Shown: positions 50,805 to 61,191, counted from the stretch's first letter. The stretch is DNA of 64,000 nucleotides from Promethearchaeota archaeon (GCA_048940445.1 JBHLON010000004.1:32001-96000), one strand, 5' to 3'. A program made the numbers and translations. The notes: generated from the sequence alone by a model not told the origin.

Positions 50805-51326
50805 GTGCCTAAAAAATTTATACTTAAGATTCTGACAGCTGGAGAAGGAGGTGTAGGGAAGACAACTCTTTTACATCGTTATGTTGAAGGAAAGTTTTCA
50901 GCTGAAACTAAAATGACGATCGGAGTGGAATTCTTCCTTAAGGAAATTGAAATCAATGGCCAACATTGTACACTTCAACTTTGGGATTTTGGAGGCCAAG
51001 AACGCTTTCGATTTTTATTAGAAAGTTATGTATTAGGAGCAAAAGGAGCGTTGCTCATGTTCGATTTAACTCGCCCGATCACTCTCGAAAATTTAGAACA
51101 ATGGGTTAATATTTGTCGAAAAGGGAATCCAGAGCTTCCAATCTTATTTTTAGGTACAAAAAATGATTTAGAGGATGAAATTATGGTCAACGATGAATAT
51201 GCATTGAATTTTAAGATTGACTTTAACTTATTTGACTATTTACGAATTTCGAGCAAGTCAGGAGAAAATGTGAGGTTAGCTTTCGATTTATTAACAAAAA
51301 GAATATTACAAAAACAAATTTTTTAA
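50805..51326 (+). CDS. Rab-like small GTPase
   Basis: GEGGVGKTT, MTIGVEF, WDFGGQERF, TKND, ISSK. Confidence 0.95.
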   Translation: MPKKFILKILTAGEGGVGKTTLLHRYVEGKFSAETKMTIGVEFFLKEIEINGQHCTLQLWDFGGQERFRFLLESYVLGAKGALLMFDLTRPITLENLEQWVNICRKGNPELPILFLGTKNDLEDEIMVNDEYALNFKIDFNLFDYLRISSKSGENVRLAFDLLTKRILQKQIF

Positions 51327-51340
51327 CTCTAATTTATAAA

Positions 51341-51772
51341 ATGTTTAAAAATGCTGTAGTCATAGATTCTAACTTCATTTTACTTCCATTTCAATTTAAA
51401 ATTGATTATTTCAATGAAATAAATTTGATGTTGGAAGGTAAAACTTGTTTTATTATTTATAAACAAATATTAGATGAATTGGAAGCAAAAAGTAGGCGTC
51501 ATTTAAAAACTACTAAATTTCAACTTGAATTAAATTCAAGTTTAAGATATATTGATTCAAATCAAGAGAGATTTAATATTAAAATTATAAATAAAGTAAA
51601 ATCTGAATTTGTAACAACAGATGCATTTTTGATCAAGCAATGTATTGATTTGAAAGAAAAAGAATGGCGTGTTTTTTTAGCTACAAATGATTCTAAGTTA
51701 CGTAAGGAAGTAAATAGATTAGGAATTAGCACCATTTTCTTAAGACAAAAAAAGTACTTAACTTTTGACTAA
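51341..51772 (+). CDS. PIN domain protein (Fcf1/Utp24-like archaeal family)
   Basis: VVIDSNF..ILDELE..TDAFL..LATNDSKLRK..IFLRQKK. Confidence 0.82.
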   Translation: MFKNAVVIDSNFILLPFQFKIDYFNEINLMLEGKTCFIIYKQILDELEAKSRRHLKTTKFQLELNSSLRYIDSNQERFNIKIINKVKSEFVTTDAFLIKQCIDLKEKEWRVFLATNDSKLRKEVNRLGISTIFLRQKKYLTFD

Positions 51773-51843
51773 ATAAAGAAAAAATTTATTACCTTTTGAT
51801 ATTTCAAATATATACAATTAACAATCTGTAGGAATGCTTAGGA

Positions 51844-52368
51844 ATGTCCAAACCTAAAGTTTTTAAAATAATTATCGCCGGAGATGGAGGAGTTGGGAAA
51901 ACAACTCTGCTTCACAGATATATTGAGGGCAAATTTATTGAAAATTTGCGAATGACTATTGGTGTAGAATTTTTTTTAAAAACATTAGAGATTGACGGCC
52001 TTGATATCACTTTACAAATATGGGATTTTGGGGGTCAACAAAGATTCCGTTTTCTTCTTAAAAATTATGCTAGGGGAGCAAAAGGATCGCTTTTATTATT
52101 TGATCCTACTCGCCCTATTACATTGAAGAGAGTCGGAGAATGGGTAGAAATATGCAGATCTGAAGATCCTAATTTGCCAATCTTATTTATTGGTTCGAAA
52201 TCGGATTTAGAGGAATCAATAATTCTTTCTGATGAGTTTTTTGCTAATTTTAGGCAAACATATAACTTTTTTGACTATTTGAGAATATCTAGCAAAACTG
52301 GAGAAAATGTAGATTTAGCATTTAGATTATTAACAAAAAAGATAATTCACCATGTGAAGCTATATTGA
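51844..52368 (+). CDS. Rab-like small GTPase (paralog of 50805..51326)
   Basis: GDGGVGKTT, MTIGVEF, WDFGGQQRF, SKSD, ISSK. Confidence 0.95.
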   Translation: MSKPKVFKIIIAGDGGVGKTTLLHRYIEGKFIENLRMTIGVEFFLKTLEIDGLDITLQIWDFGGQQRFRFLLKNYARGAKGSLLLFDPTRPITLKRVGEWVEICRSEDPNLPILFIGSKSDLEESIILSDEFFANFRQTYNFFDYLRISSKTGENVDLAFRLLTKKIIHHVKLY

Positions 52369-52369
52369 T

Positions 52370-53623
52370 TCAAATGCGAGATTTAACAATTTTATAGATA
52401 TCTTCTTTGCTTAACATCACAGGGTTATTTTTTAATCCAGTTATACTCACTATTTTCTCAATATCCTTTACTTTTATGCCAAAATTTCCTAATCTCTGAA
52501 TATCAAGGTCGTTGATCCATCTTTCTAAATTTTTAATTAGTATTGAACAATAGCTATCAATTTGAGTCAGATTAATCGATTTTTTACCATTAAGTAAGGC
52601 TCCAATACTAGCATATTTTTGTAATGCTTCTGTACCAGAGGAGCCCACGTTTTTTAAATTCATAATATTAAATTTAGTACTTTCAGCTAAAAGAGTTCCA
52701 CATACTATTCCATGAGGAACTCGGAAAAGGCCCCCAATAGATGATGCTAATCCATGTATTATTCCCAATCCTGCATTTGCTAGACAAATTCCTGATATCA
52801 ATGATCCATATGCCATTTTTGATCTCAGATTCAAATCAGAAGGACTTGTTGTAGAAACGGGTATTATAGAATCTTTCATATATTCCATACCATTATAAGC
52901 CAGAGAATCCGTTATCGGATTTGATTTATTCGAAGTATAAGCTTCTAGGAGTTGTGTAAAAGTATCTAACCCGCATGCAGCTGTAATTGATTTAGGACAT
53001 GAAATTGTTAGTTCGGGGTCTATTATAGCATAATCGGGAATAAAATTATCATGACGAAGTGATTTTTTAAAACCCTTAGGTCCTACCTCACTAAGAACAG
53101 CATTTTTTGTCGCTTCACTCCCTGTACCAGCAGTTGTTGGAATTGCGATATAAGGAATTTTTATGCCATCATGTTTTTTTGTCCCAACACCCTCTAAATA
53201 GTCTTCGACTGAATCCATTTTTAATAGCATTGCTGATATAGCCTTTCCAGCATCCATAACACTCCCTCCTCCTATTCCAACAATTAGATCGATCTTTTCA
53301 TTCCTATATTGATCTACAAAACTATTAATTTGGTGTGGTGATGGTTCCCCAGAAATAGACACAATAAAGTAATTGAGTGAATATTTATCGGATTCTTCTG
53401 TGATTTTTATCCATTTTTTTGACTTTTTAAGCGAGCTTTCTCCTATAACATATAAAAGATTCTTACCATACTGAGGAACAATATCAAAGATCTGATTAAT
53501 CATTCCAGGTCCAAATCTAATTTGTGGAATTGTAGAAAAATTAAAACTTAGAATCATAATTCTATCTCTTTTTCGTTTTATGGGAAGATTTTTTTTTATA
53601 TTATAATCAAAATCAATATACAA
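52370..53623 (-). CDS. iron-containing alcohol dehydrogenase
   Basis: GGGSVMDAGK, IPTTAGTGSE, GLGIIHGLA, PHG; true start probably the downstream Met (MILSFNF). Confidence 0.92.
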   Translation of the reverse strand: MYIDFDYNIKKNLPIKRKRDRIMILSFNFSTIPQIRFGPGMINQIFDIVPQYGKNLLYVIGESSLKKSKKWIKITEESDKYSLNYFIVSISGEPSPHQINSFVDQYRNEKIDLIVGIGGGSVMDAGKAISAMLLKMDSVEDYLEGVGTKKHDGIKIPYIAIPTTAGTGSEATKNAVLSEVGPKGFKKSLRHDNFIPDYAIIDPELTISCPKSITAACGLDTFTQLLEAYTSNKSNPITDSLAYNGMEYMKDSIIPVSTTSPSDLNLRSKMAYGSLISGICLANAGLGIIHGLASSIGGLFRVPHGIVCGTLLAESTKFNIMNLKNVGSSGTEALQKYASIGALLNGKKSINLTQIDSYCSILIKNLERWINDLDIQRLGNFGIKVKDIEKIVSITGLKNNPVMLSKEDIYKIVKSRI

Positions 53624-53704
53624 TCATTAAACTTTTTATAATAAGATTTTTAACTTAATTTAAATAAATTGCAATAAAAAAAGAAAGTCCATAAGGAATT
53701 TAAA

Positions 53705-54043
53705 ATGAAAAAAGTCCATGAAAATGATTTTGAATATAGAAAAGGAGATAGCGGTGTAAAATATTTGATGCGAGGTCCAAGCATCGATTGGGGATTAATC
53801 TTACTCAACCCAGGTGAAAAGATGGGAGATAAAGCTCATGGTCACAACATCATAGATGAAACATTTTACTTTATCGAAGGTGATGGTATCATGATAATTG
53901 ATGATAAAGAATATAAAGCTCCCCAAGGTAGTGTGTACCTTTGTGAACCAAAAGAAATGCATAATATCAGAAATGATTCTAATCAACCTATTAAAATTGT
54001 ATTTATCAAAGGAGAATACGAACCAGATGATAAGATTGAATAA
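53705..54043 (+). CDS. cupin domain protein
   Basis: HGHNIIDETFYFIEG..EPKEMHNI. Confidence 0.85.
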   Translation: MKKVHENDFEYRKGDSGVKYLMRGPSIDWGLILLNPGEKMGDKAHGHNIIDETFYFIEGDGIMIIDDKEYKAPQGSVYLCEPKEMHNIRNDSNQPIKIVFIKGEYEPDDKIE

Positions 54044-54068
54044 TCTAGAATCACTATAGGTAATTAGT

Positions 54069-54449
54069 ATGGCAAAAAAAAGTAAGAAAAAAAAAAAAGG
54101 TAAAGGAGGAAGCAATGTACCTCCAGTAATTACTCGAGTTAAATTTCCTAGTAAAGAATTAGGGGAAATGTTTGGAAGAGTAGTCGAAATATACGGAAAT
54201 GATCGTATGGGAGTATTCTGCGAAGATGGAAAGCATAGAATTGGTAGAATTCGAGGTAAAATAAAGAAGAGAGTATGGATACGTAAAGGTGACCTTGTGA
54301 TCGTGAATCCGTGGGATTGGGAAACAGAAACGAATGATGAATCTGGCAAGTGCGAGATAACTTGGAGATATACAAATGCAGAAATAGGATGGCTGGAACG
54401 TAAAAACAGGATACCTGAAATTTTGGATGTCAATAATATCCCCCTATAA
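54069..54449 (+). CDS. eif1a: translation initiation factor aIF-1A
   Basis: Basic N-terminus, GRIRGKIKKRVWIRKGDLVIV.PW..ITWRY. Confidence 0.95.
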   Translation: MAKKSKKKKKGKGGSNVPPVITRVKFPSKELGEMFGRVVEIYGNDRMGVFCEDGKHRIGRIRGKIKKRVWIRKGDLVIVNPWDWETETNDESGKCEITWRYTNAEIGWLERKNRIPEILDVNNIPL

Positions 54450-54601
54450 ACTAAATGATTTCATGGAAATTTAAATTGTAAAATATATTGTTGAGATTAA
54501 AAGCAAAATTTTAAAATTTAGAAATCCCTTATTATCTTAGACTTTTTTTTCCAAGTTTTTTATTAAAAATTAAAATAATGGAGAATTCAAATAAGGATTA
54601 A

Positions 54602-55375
54602 GTGAGAAATTTGGTAGATCAAGAAAATAGAGTAAAGGAGGATGAAGAACGAGATACTGATGTAAACAATGCGAGTTTACCAAGTGATCTAATAGATGAG
54701 GATGTTTCTACCACTTTATTTGCAGTCAGAACCACGATTAATCAAGAAAGTAATATCTTAAAGCAAATCTTTTATAGGTTTAAAATTTTAGATGTCGTTC
54801 CGGATATAAGAGCTATGTTAATTAGTCCTTTATTACCAGGCTATATCTTCTTCGAGGCTCCTCAAAAGAGAGCTGTGCAGCTTGCTGTGCAAGGCATCCC
54901 TCATATTAAAGGTAGAATTGTTCAAAATATAAAATTGAAGGAGCTAAAGCATGTATTACTTCCAAGGAGTGTAACAGAATATTTAGAGGAAGGAGATACT
55001 GTTGAAATTATTAGTGGCGTTTTTGAAGGGGCACGAGCAATTGTGATGCGTATGCCTCATGATACTTCAAGTAGCGAAGAAGTGGTTGTTAGATTATTAC
55101 AAGAAGAGACTCCTATTACAATAAAAATTCATGGAGATTATTTAAAATTAGTAGAAAAGAAAGCTCCTGAAAAGAAAGAGATACCAAGAGTAAAAGTTAC
55201 CCAAGCAGAAATTTCAACAGATCTAGAAAAATCAATTACTTTTGATGATGAATATGGAGAAGCTGAAGAAGAGTATGCTGTTCGTGAAGCTCAAGATAGA
55301 ATTGAAGAATATGAAGAAGAAGAGGAAGAGGAGTTCGAAGAAGACGATGAATGGGCTAAATTTGATGGATTTTAA
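54602..55375 (+). CDS. spt5: transcription elongation factor Spt5 (NGN+KOW) with acidic extensions
   Basis: FAVRTTINQE, PGYIFFEA, KOW GDTVEIISGVFEG; E/D-rich C-terminal tail. Confidence 0.85.
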   Translation: MRNLVDQENRVKEDEERDTDVNNASLPSDLIDEDVSTTLFAVRTTINQESNILKQIFYRFKILDVVPDIRAMLISPLLPGYIFFEAPQKRAVQLAVQGIPHIKGRIVQNIKLKELKHVLLPRSVTEYLEEGDTVEIISGVFEGARAIVMRMPHDTSSSEEVVVRLLQEETPITIKIHGDYLKLVEKKAPEKKEIPRVKVTQAEISTDLEKSITFDDEYGEAEEEYAVREAQDRIEEYEEEEEEEFEEDDEWAKFDGF

Positions 55376-55563
55376 GATTCAAATAATCATTACATTTATT
55401 CTTATTTTTTAATACAGAATTTGACTTCTTCTATTTATTCAAATTAAGATTATCAATAAATCTGAATTTCTTCTTAAACAATTATTTTCATATTTAAAAG
55501 AATTTTTATAGAAGGATTTTCATAAATGATGTAGAAAGGTATTTTTTAGGAAGAAATTATTTT

Positions 55564-56319
55564 TTGATGACAATGATTAAGAATATCTTCATAATGAAAT
55601 CGTCTGGAGAATTGATCTTTTATAAAACATATGAGGATATTTTCAATATTAAGCTTACTAGTAGCTTTTTAAGTGCAATTTTTTCTTTCGTTCAACAAAC
55701 TCTAAGAACAAAAGAGCTGTCAGAAATTGAAGTCGGGCCATTTAGATTTATTTTCGAAGTAGAGAAGGCTAATTCTAGTGAACTGATGTTTGCCTTATTT
55801 AGTGATCGTACAGATAATTTAGTTGAATTACGAAATCAACTTAAAGAGATTAAAACTCAATTTTTAGAAAAATTTGATCTGAATCTAATCACAGAAAACT
55901 TTGATGGAGAAATTTCTAAATATCAAGGGTTTGAGGAAAATATTCATGATATTATGGAAAGAAGTAAAAGACTAATATCTGAAGAAGTACAGAGAGATTT
56001 AGTCGATGTATTCCAAGAGTTACATACTTTCTCTTCCTTTGTAATCTCATCTGCCTTGCTGACTCAAACTGGAAGAGTTATTCTCTCGTATTTAGATACA
56101 AATGTTTTATCTGAAATCATCCGACTTCTAGAAAGTCGATTTATTATAGGTAATTCCAGAATACACGAGTTGATATCCCTCGAAGATTATGGAATCCTAT
56201 CCTTAGTAGGAATAGGCAATTTTATTTCAATTATTCAATTTAAAAAAAATTGCCCATTTGAGTCGGCTCTTATAATCTCTAAGAAATTTTCGGCGAGATT
56301 AAAAAAGCTTATAACATAA
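55564..56319 (+). CDS. longin-like plus roadblock-like two-domain protein
   Basis: IFIMKSSGELIFYK..SSFLSAIFSF (longin-like); VISSALLTQTGRVILS (roadblock-like). Confidence 0.6.
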   Translation: MMTMIKNIFIMKSSGELIFYKTYEDIFNIKLTSSFLSAIFSFVQQTLRTKELSEIEVGPFRFIFEVEKANSSELMFALFSDRTDNLVELRNQLKEIKTQFLEKFDLNLITENFDGEISKYQGFEENIHDIMERSKRLISEEVQRDLVDVFQELHTFSSFVISSALLTQTGRVILSYLDTNVLSEIIRLLESRFIIGNSRIHELISLEDYGILSLVGIGNFISIIQFKKNCPFESALIISKKFSARLKKLIT

Positions 56320-56607
56320 TTACATAATTTTTTGAGCTAAACCTTATTAGATTTGTTATTAGTAAATGATCAAGATCATTAAAAATACAAATTTATGATT
56401 AAAATTAATAAACAATTTATCTAGAAATACAATTAGATTTGTTTAATTATTACTAAATTATAGCAATTTCTTGTAAAATTCCCAAAATGGACATTTTAAG
56501 TTTATATTAGAAAATGAAATTTCAACAAAATTAAAAAGTCAAATCTTATTTTTCTAATCATAATACTATCCCTATAAAATATTAAAAAATTAAAGAGGAG
56601 TTAAAAA

Positions 56608-57909
56608 GTGGAAGAGAAAAAAACCAAATTTATGAGCCAAGCTATTAATGATGAGATTTTAGATAAATTAAGCTTAAAAAATAGATATCAGTTCCTCAAT
56701 ACAGCCCTCATGACTGCATTGGAACCAGAACAACTTAGTTTTCTTAAAAAAACTGAAAAATTTTGTATGAAATTTGAAAAAAAGCATAATGTCACTCATA
56801 GAACTGATGAGGATGTCTACCAATGGATTCCAGAATTCGGAAAAGAAGGTTTAATCTCCAGAGTACATCCATTTGACGAGATTGACCTAAGTTATCCTGA
56901 AAATGGAATGGCTATAGAATTATTACGGTGCTTAGCACTTAACTTCTTTGATCCTCAATTCAGTATGGCAGGTGGGGCAACCGTATTAGCTATAAATCCA
57001 GTTTATTATCATCATGAAAATATCCCCATCAGATTGGAAGTTCTAAAAAAATTTGTGACTGGAGAATCTCCAGGTGCAATCTTAATTACCGAACCGGAAC
57101 GTGGTTCTGATGCAGTTCACATGCTTTCATTATGCGAGGAACAACCTGATGGTAGCTTCATTTTAAATGGAGAAAAAATATATAATACTAATGCACCGAA
57201 AGCGGGCTACGTTGTAGCTTATGCTACTGCAGAAAAGAATAATGGGAATACCATGGCGCAATTCCTTATCGATACTTCCTTAGATGGATGGGTTTGTGAA
57301 CGAGTTTTTATTCCTTGGGTTCCACGAGTTTTCCTTGGACATGAATTTTTTAGAGACTTACATATCCCTAAAGAATTTGTGTTAGGAGGAATTGGAAAAG
57401 GCCGTGAACATCTCTTTGAAGGCTTAGTGCCCGAAAGAGTTGGTATCGCATTAGACTCTACATCCCAGTGTTGGAATGCGATTGCTCATGCCGCAATTTA
57501 TGTTAACAATAGAAAACAATTCGACCAAGAAATCCTAAAGTTCCAAGGTGTTGGTTTTCTTTTAACCGATCTATGGGCAAGATTAACTAATGTCACCCTT
57601 GGGTTGTTACGCTTTGCTGAAAAGTATGATGAGAAAGTAGAAAAGTTTGGCGGTGAACTGCCAAAGAATCTTGCCCAAGCGATGGTCGCATCTGCTTCGA
57701 TGTTTAAATATCATTGTACGTCACTCTCAATGCAAATTTGTTATGAGGCTGCAAACCTTATGGGTGGAGCCGGGTTATCTGATAATACATTAATGCATGA
57801 TCTTCTTAACATCTCTAGGATTCAGGAGATTGTTGGAGGAAGCAGACAAATACAACAGTACATCATGTCAATGGCTATGAGGACATTATACAAGATGACT
57901 GGCATATAG
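56608..57909 (+). CDS. acyl-CoA dehydrogenase
   Basis: ITEPERGSDA, LNGEKIYNTN, LVPER, RKQFDQ..FQGV, MGGAG, IVGGSRQIQ. Confidence 0.92.
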   Translation: MEEKKTKFMSQAINDEILDKLSLKNRYQFLNTALMTALEPEQLSFLKKTEKFCMKFEKKHNVTHRTDEDVYQWIPEFGKEGLISRVHPFDEIDLSYPENGMAIELLRCLALNFFDPQFSMAGGATVLAINPVYYHHENIPIRLEVLKKFVTGESPGAILITEPERGSDAVHMLSLCEEQPDGSFILNGEKIYNTNAPKAGYVVAYATAEKNNGNTMAQFLIDTSLDGWVCERVFIPWVPRVFLGHEFFRDLHIPKEFVLGGIGKGREHLFEGLVPERVGIALDSTSQCWNAIAHAAIYVNNRKQFDQEILKFQGVGFLLTDLWARLTNVTLGLLRFAEKYDEKVEKFGGELPKNLAQAMVASASMFKYHCTSLSMQICYEAANLMGGAGLSDNTLMHDLLNISRIQEIVGGSRQIQQYIMSMAMRTLYKMTGI

Positions 57910-58112
57910 TCCGAACTTTTTAATATTTTCTTTTTTCTATTTTGTTATTATTGAAGACTCAGAAACTTTATCCAAATTCAGGTCTTTATTATCGTTTTAA
58001 TTTGCTAATTTATATTTTTCTCATTATTTTAATTAGATATCATCCACATAAAAATTTATTAATATTAGTTTATACCATTTATTCAAATTTAAAACAAATG
58101 TCTTGATTAATC

Positions 58113-58826
58113 ATGGCAAGAGGAAAGGAATATGAATATGATATCTTAAAAAGCCCTACTTTTTCTTATATAGAAGTTCATTTAAATCAAGGGCAGCAAA
58201 TACAATGTGAAGGTGGAACAATGATTTATTTCGATCCTACTTTAACAATTTCCACCAAGAAGGCTTCCAAAGGATTTTTAAAATCACTAAAACGTGTTTT
58301 AGCTGGTGAAACATTTTTTATGAACACATTTGAGGCTAATGAAGCGGGGAATCTAGGATTAGCCCCTGCCTTTCCTGGGGATTTAATGCATCTTTCCCTA
58401 GAAAAGAATAATAGTTGGATACTTTTTAGCGGTTGCTTCATTGCTAGCTCTATGCATTTTGAAACAGAGACAAGTTATCTTGGTTTAAAAAGAGCCATTT
58501 TTGGTGGAGAAAGAGCCTTTTATTTAAAAGTAGATGCTTTAAACGGACCTGGAGATTTATTTGTTGGTGCTATGGGAGCATTTATTGAGACACATTTAGA
58601 TAACAATCAACTTTTTAATTGTGATAATGGGCATTTAGTAGCGATGGAATCAACTGTCACTTTTGATATTAAAAAAGTAGGGGGTTTAAAGTCAACATTT
58701 CTTTCAGGAGAAGGTTTAATAACCCAATTAAAAGGTCCCGGACGAGTTATAATGCAATCAAGAAATCCTCGTGAGTTTGCATTATGGTTGTACAATTTTA
58801 TGCCTAAACCACGAAGCACTTCTTAA
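58113..58826 (+). CDS. AIM24/TIGR00266 family protein
   Basis: LAGETFFMN, LAPAFPGD, DNGHLVA, SGEGL..GPGRVIMQSR. Confidence 0.9.
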   Translation: MARGKEYEYDILKSPTFSYIEVHLNQGQQIQCEGGTMIYFDPTLTISTKKASKGFLKSLKRVLAGETFFMNTFEANEAGNLGLAPAFPGDLMHLSLEKNNSWILFSGCFIASSMHFETETSYLGLKRAIFGGERAFYLKVDALNGPGDLFVGAMGAFIETHLDNNQLFNCDNGHLVAMESTVTFDIKKVGGLKSTFLSGEGLITQLKGPGRVIMQSRNPREFALWLYNFMPKPRSTS

Positions 58827-59498
58827 GAGAATCAGTTGAGTGATGACTTGCTAACATTTTTGGAGAGATATTATTATGTTAAAAAATCAGTTATACCTCT
58901 CATTTAAAATATTAATACTTTATTTTTTTCTTATTAACAGTCTGTATTAATAGCGTTCCATTAAATTATGAAACTAATTAGTTGTTCTGGTAGCTAATTG
59001 GAAAAAGATCTTTAATAAAAGAAGTATATGAAGCCGATGAAGAGACAATTCATCACTATTTTTTGAAAGAGAATCCATTGTACAACAATTGTAAAAAATG
59101 ATGAAAATTATTGATCGTGAATTTGGGCCAACAAGGCGAGAGCTTATATTATACTTTAAGCATTATCCAGTGTGTCCATAGTCAGTCCTGTGCCCCCTAC
59201 AAAAAGGGGGGTTTCACCTTAAAATGTTGCACAAATCGAAATCATTTAAATAGTACTGGATAAAAATTAGAGAAAATGTTGCATTATTTTTAGAAAATGT
59301 GCAACAATTCTAATTCGATTATTTTCTGATTGATATCAACCTGGAAAAGATAAGAAATTTAAGATTCGTTTATTAATCATATAAATCATTCAAAGTACAA
59401 GATACTCCTACCAGACAATCTTTAAAACTTTAAATTGAATTTATGATAAATGATCATTATACCTTTAACCCGAAACTAATTAAAAATAAAAAATATAG

Positions 59499-59807
59499 GT
59501 GAAAGATATGGGAAGAGCATTTGGAATTGTGGCTTTAATTTTTGGTATTATTAGTATCCCGTTTGAGATATTCGCTGCTTGGGTAGATGTTTTCGGTGGA
59601 GTTTTTGGAATGCTTCAGATCGCAAATCTTATAATCATTCTAGGATGGGTATTCATAGTTGTTGCCATCCTCTTTGGAATTATTGGTGCTATCGGAGATA
59701 GACCTAAAGGATTAGCAATAGCAGGACTGATTTTGGGAATTATAGGATTAATTATAAGATTTAGTTTTAGGTTTCTATTTATTACGATGCTAAGTATAGT
59801 TCCTTAG
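59499..59807 (+). CDS. small membrane protein (DUF4190-like)
   Basis: Three TM helices, KGLAIAGLILGII. Confidence 0.65.
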   Translation: MKDMGRAFGIVALIFGIISIPFEIFAAWVDVFGGVFGMLQIANLIIILGWVFIVVAILFGIIGAIGDRPKGLAIAGLILGIIGLIIRFSFRFLFITMLSIVP

Positions 59808-59892
59808 CAAATCTAAATCATTATTTTTTTATTAAAAATAAAGGGAAAAAAAAAGGCAGAAATAAAAAAGTTTTAAAAATTTCAGCCTAAAT

Positions 59893-61191
59893 TTAGCCTA
59901 CGGACATTTTAAAAAGCGTTCTCAGTGAAAGAGACATAATATACAATTGGATCTGCCTCGAGCCACCCACTATCTCTTGAATTCTGGATATGTTCAAATA
60001 ATCGTGCATTAAAGTATTATCACATAGGCCAGCTCCTCCCATTATGTTAGCACATTCATAACAAACTTTTCTAGATAGTTTAGCAGCGTGATATTTCATT
60101 TGTGATGCTCCAGCGACCATAGCTTGAGAGATATTTTTTGGGATTTCTCCGCCAAATTTTTCGAATTTCTCATCATATGCCTCACAAAATTTGAGGAGTC
60201 CAATCGTCAAATTAGTAGTTTGGGCCCATAGATCTGCCAATAGAAAGCCTACACCTTGGAACTTCAGGATCTCTTGATCAAATTGTTTTCTAAGGTTTGC
60301 ATAAATAACAGCATGAGCTAATGCTCCCCAACATTCACTCATACTCATAATCGCGATAGAAATTCTTTCCGGCACAAGTCCTTCAAAAAGGTGTTCACGA
60401 CCTTTTCCCACTGGGCCTAGGATATATTCTTTAGGGACTCTAAGGTTTGTAAAAGTTTCTTTTCCAAGATAGAGTTTAGGGACCCATGGAATGTTAACCC
60501 GTTCAATTTTAAGGCCGTTCCAATTAGTATTAACTAGAAACTGGGCCATTGTATTTCCATTATTGGCTTCAGCTGCTGCATAGGCTACAACCCATTTAGA
60601 TCGGGGCGCGTTGGTATTATATATTTTCTGACCCATTAAAAGGAAACTGCCATCATCCTGTTCAGTACAGGTAGTTAATTGATGAACAGCATCAGAACCA
60701 CGTTCCGGTTCGGTGATGAGAATGGCTCCTGGGCTTTTCCCTGTGACTAGTTCTTTTAGTGCATCTAGTCTTTCGGGCACATGGTCATGATGTTCATATA
60801 CAGGATTTATAGCCAATACAGTTGCTCCGCCACCCATGGCAAACTGAGGATCAAACATATCAATAGCAATATTCCTCATAAAATCGGGAGCTAATCCCCA
60901 TTCATCATAATGCACATCACACACGTCAAAGTTATGCTGTCGTGTAATATATCCTTTTTCTCCAAATTCGGGAACCCATTCATAGATATCCTCATCAGAT
61001 CCGTGAATTATGTTGTTCTTTTTTTCGAACCTTAAGCAGAAGCGTTCAACTTCCCGTAAAAAGTTAAATTCTTTAGGGGATAGAATAGAAGTGAGATTAT
61101 TATTCAAGAAGGCATAGCGGTTTTTCAAGCTCAATTTATCTAAAATTTCATCATTTATAGCTTGAGTTTTAAATTTTCTTTTTTCGCTCAT
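59893..61191 (-). CDS. acyl-CoA dehydrogenase (paralog of 56608..57909)
   Basis: ITEPERGSDA, KIYNTN, LVPER, RKQFDQ, IVGGSRQIQ. Confidence 0.92.
   Translation of the reverse strand: MSEKRKFKTQAINDEILDKLSLKNRYAFLNNNLTSILSPKEFNFLREVERFCLRFEKKNNIIHGSDEDIYEWVPEFGEKGYITRQHNFDVCDVHYDEWGLAPDFMRNIAIDMFDPQFAMGGGATVLAINPVYEHHDHVPERLDALKELVTGKSPGAILITEPERGSDAVHQLTTCTEQDDGSFLLMGQKIYNTNAPRSKWVVAYAAAEANNGNTMAQFLVNTNWNGLKIERVNIPWVPKLYLGKETFTNLRVPKEYILGPVGKGREHLFEGLVPERISIAIMSMSECWGALAHAVIYANLRKQFDQEILKFQGVGFLLADLWAQTTNLTIGLLKFCEAYDEKFEKFGGEIPKNISQAMVAGASQMKYHAAKLSRKVCYECANIMGGAGLCDNTLMHDYLNISRIQEIVGGSRQIQLYIMSLSLRTLFKMSVG

Noticed and set aside
53801-54433. 210-aa minus-strand ORF (and 54148..54375)
   Set aside because: Antisense shadow of the cupin and aIF-1A genes
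58995-59101. Start-less coding-like stretch (..LIKEVYEADEETIHHYFLKENPLYNNCKK)
   Set aside because: Only about 35 codons, no suitable start and no recognisable family; cannot be supported as a pseudogene
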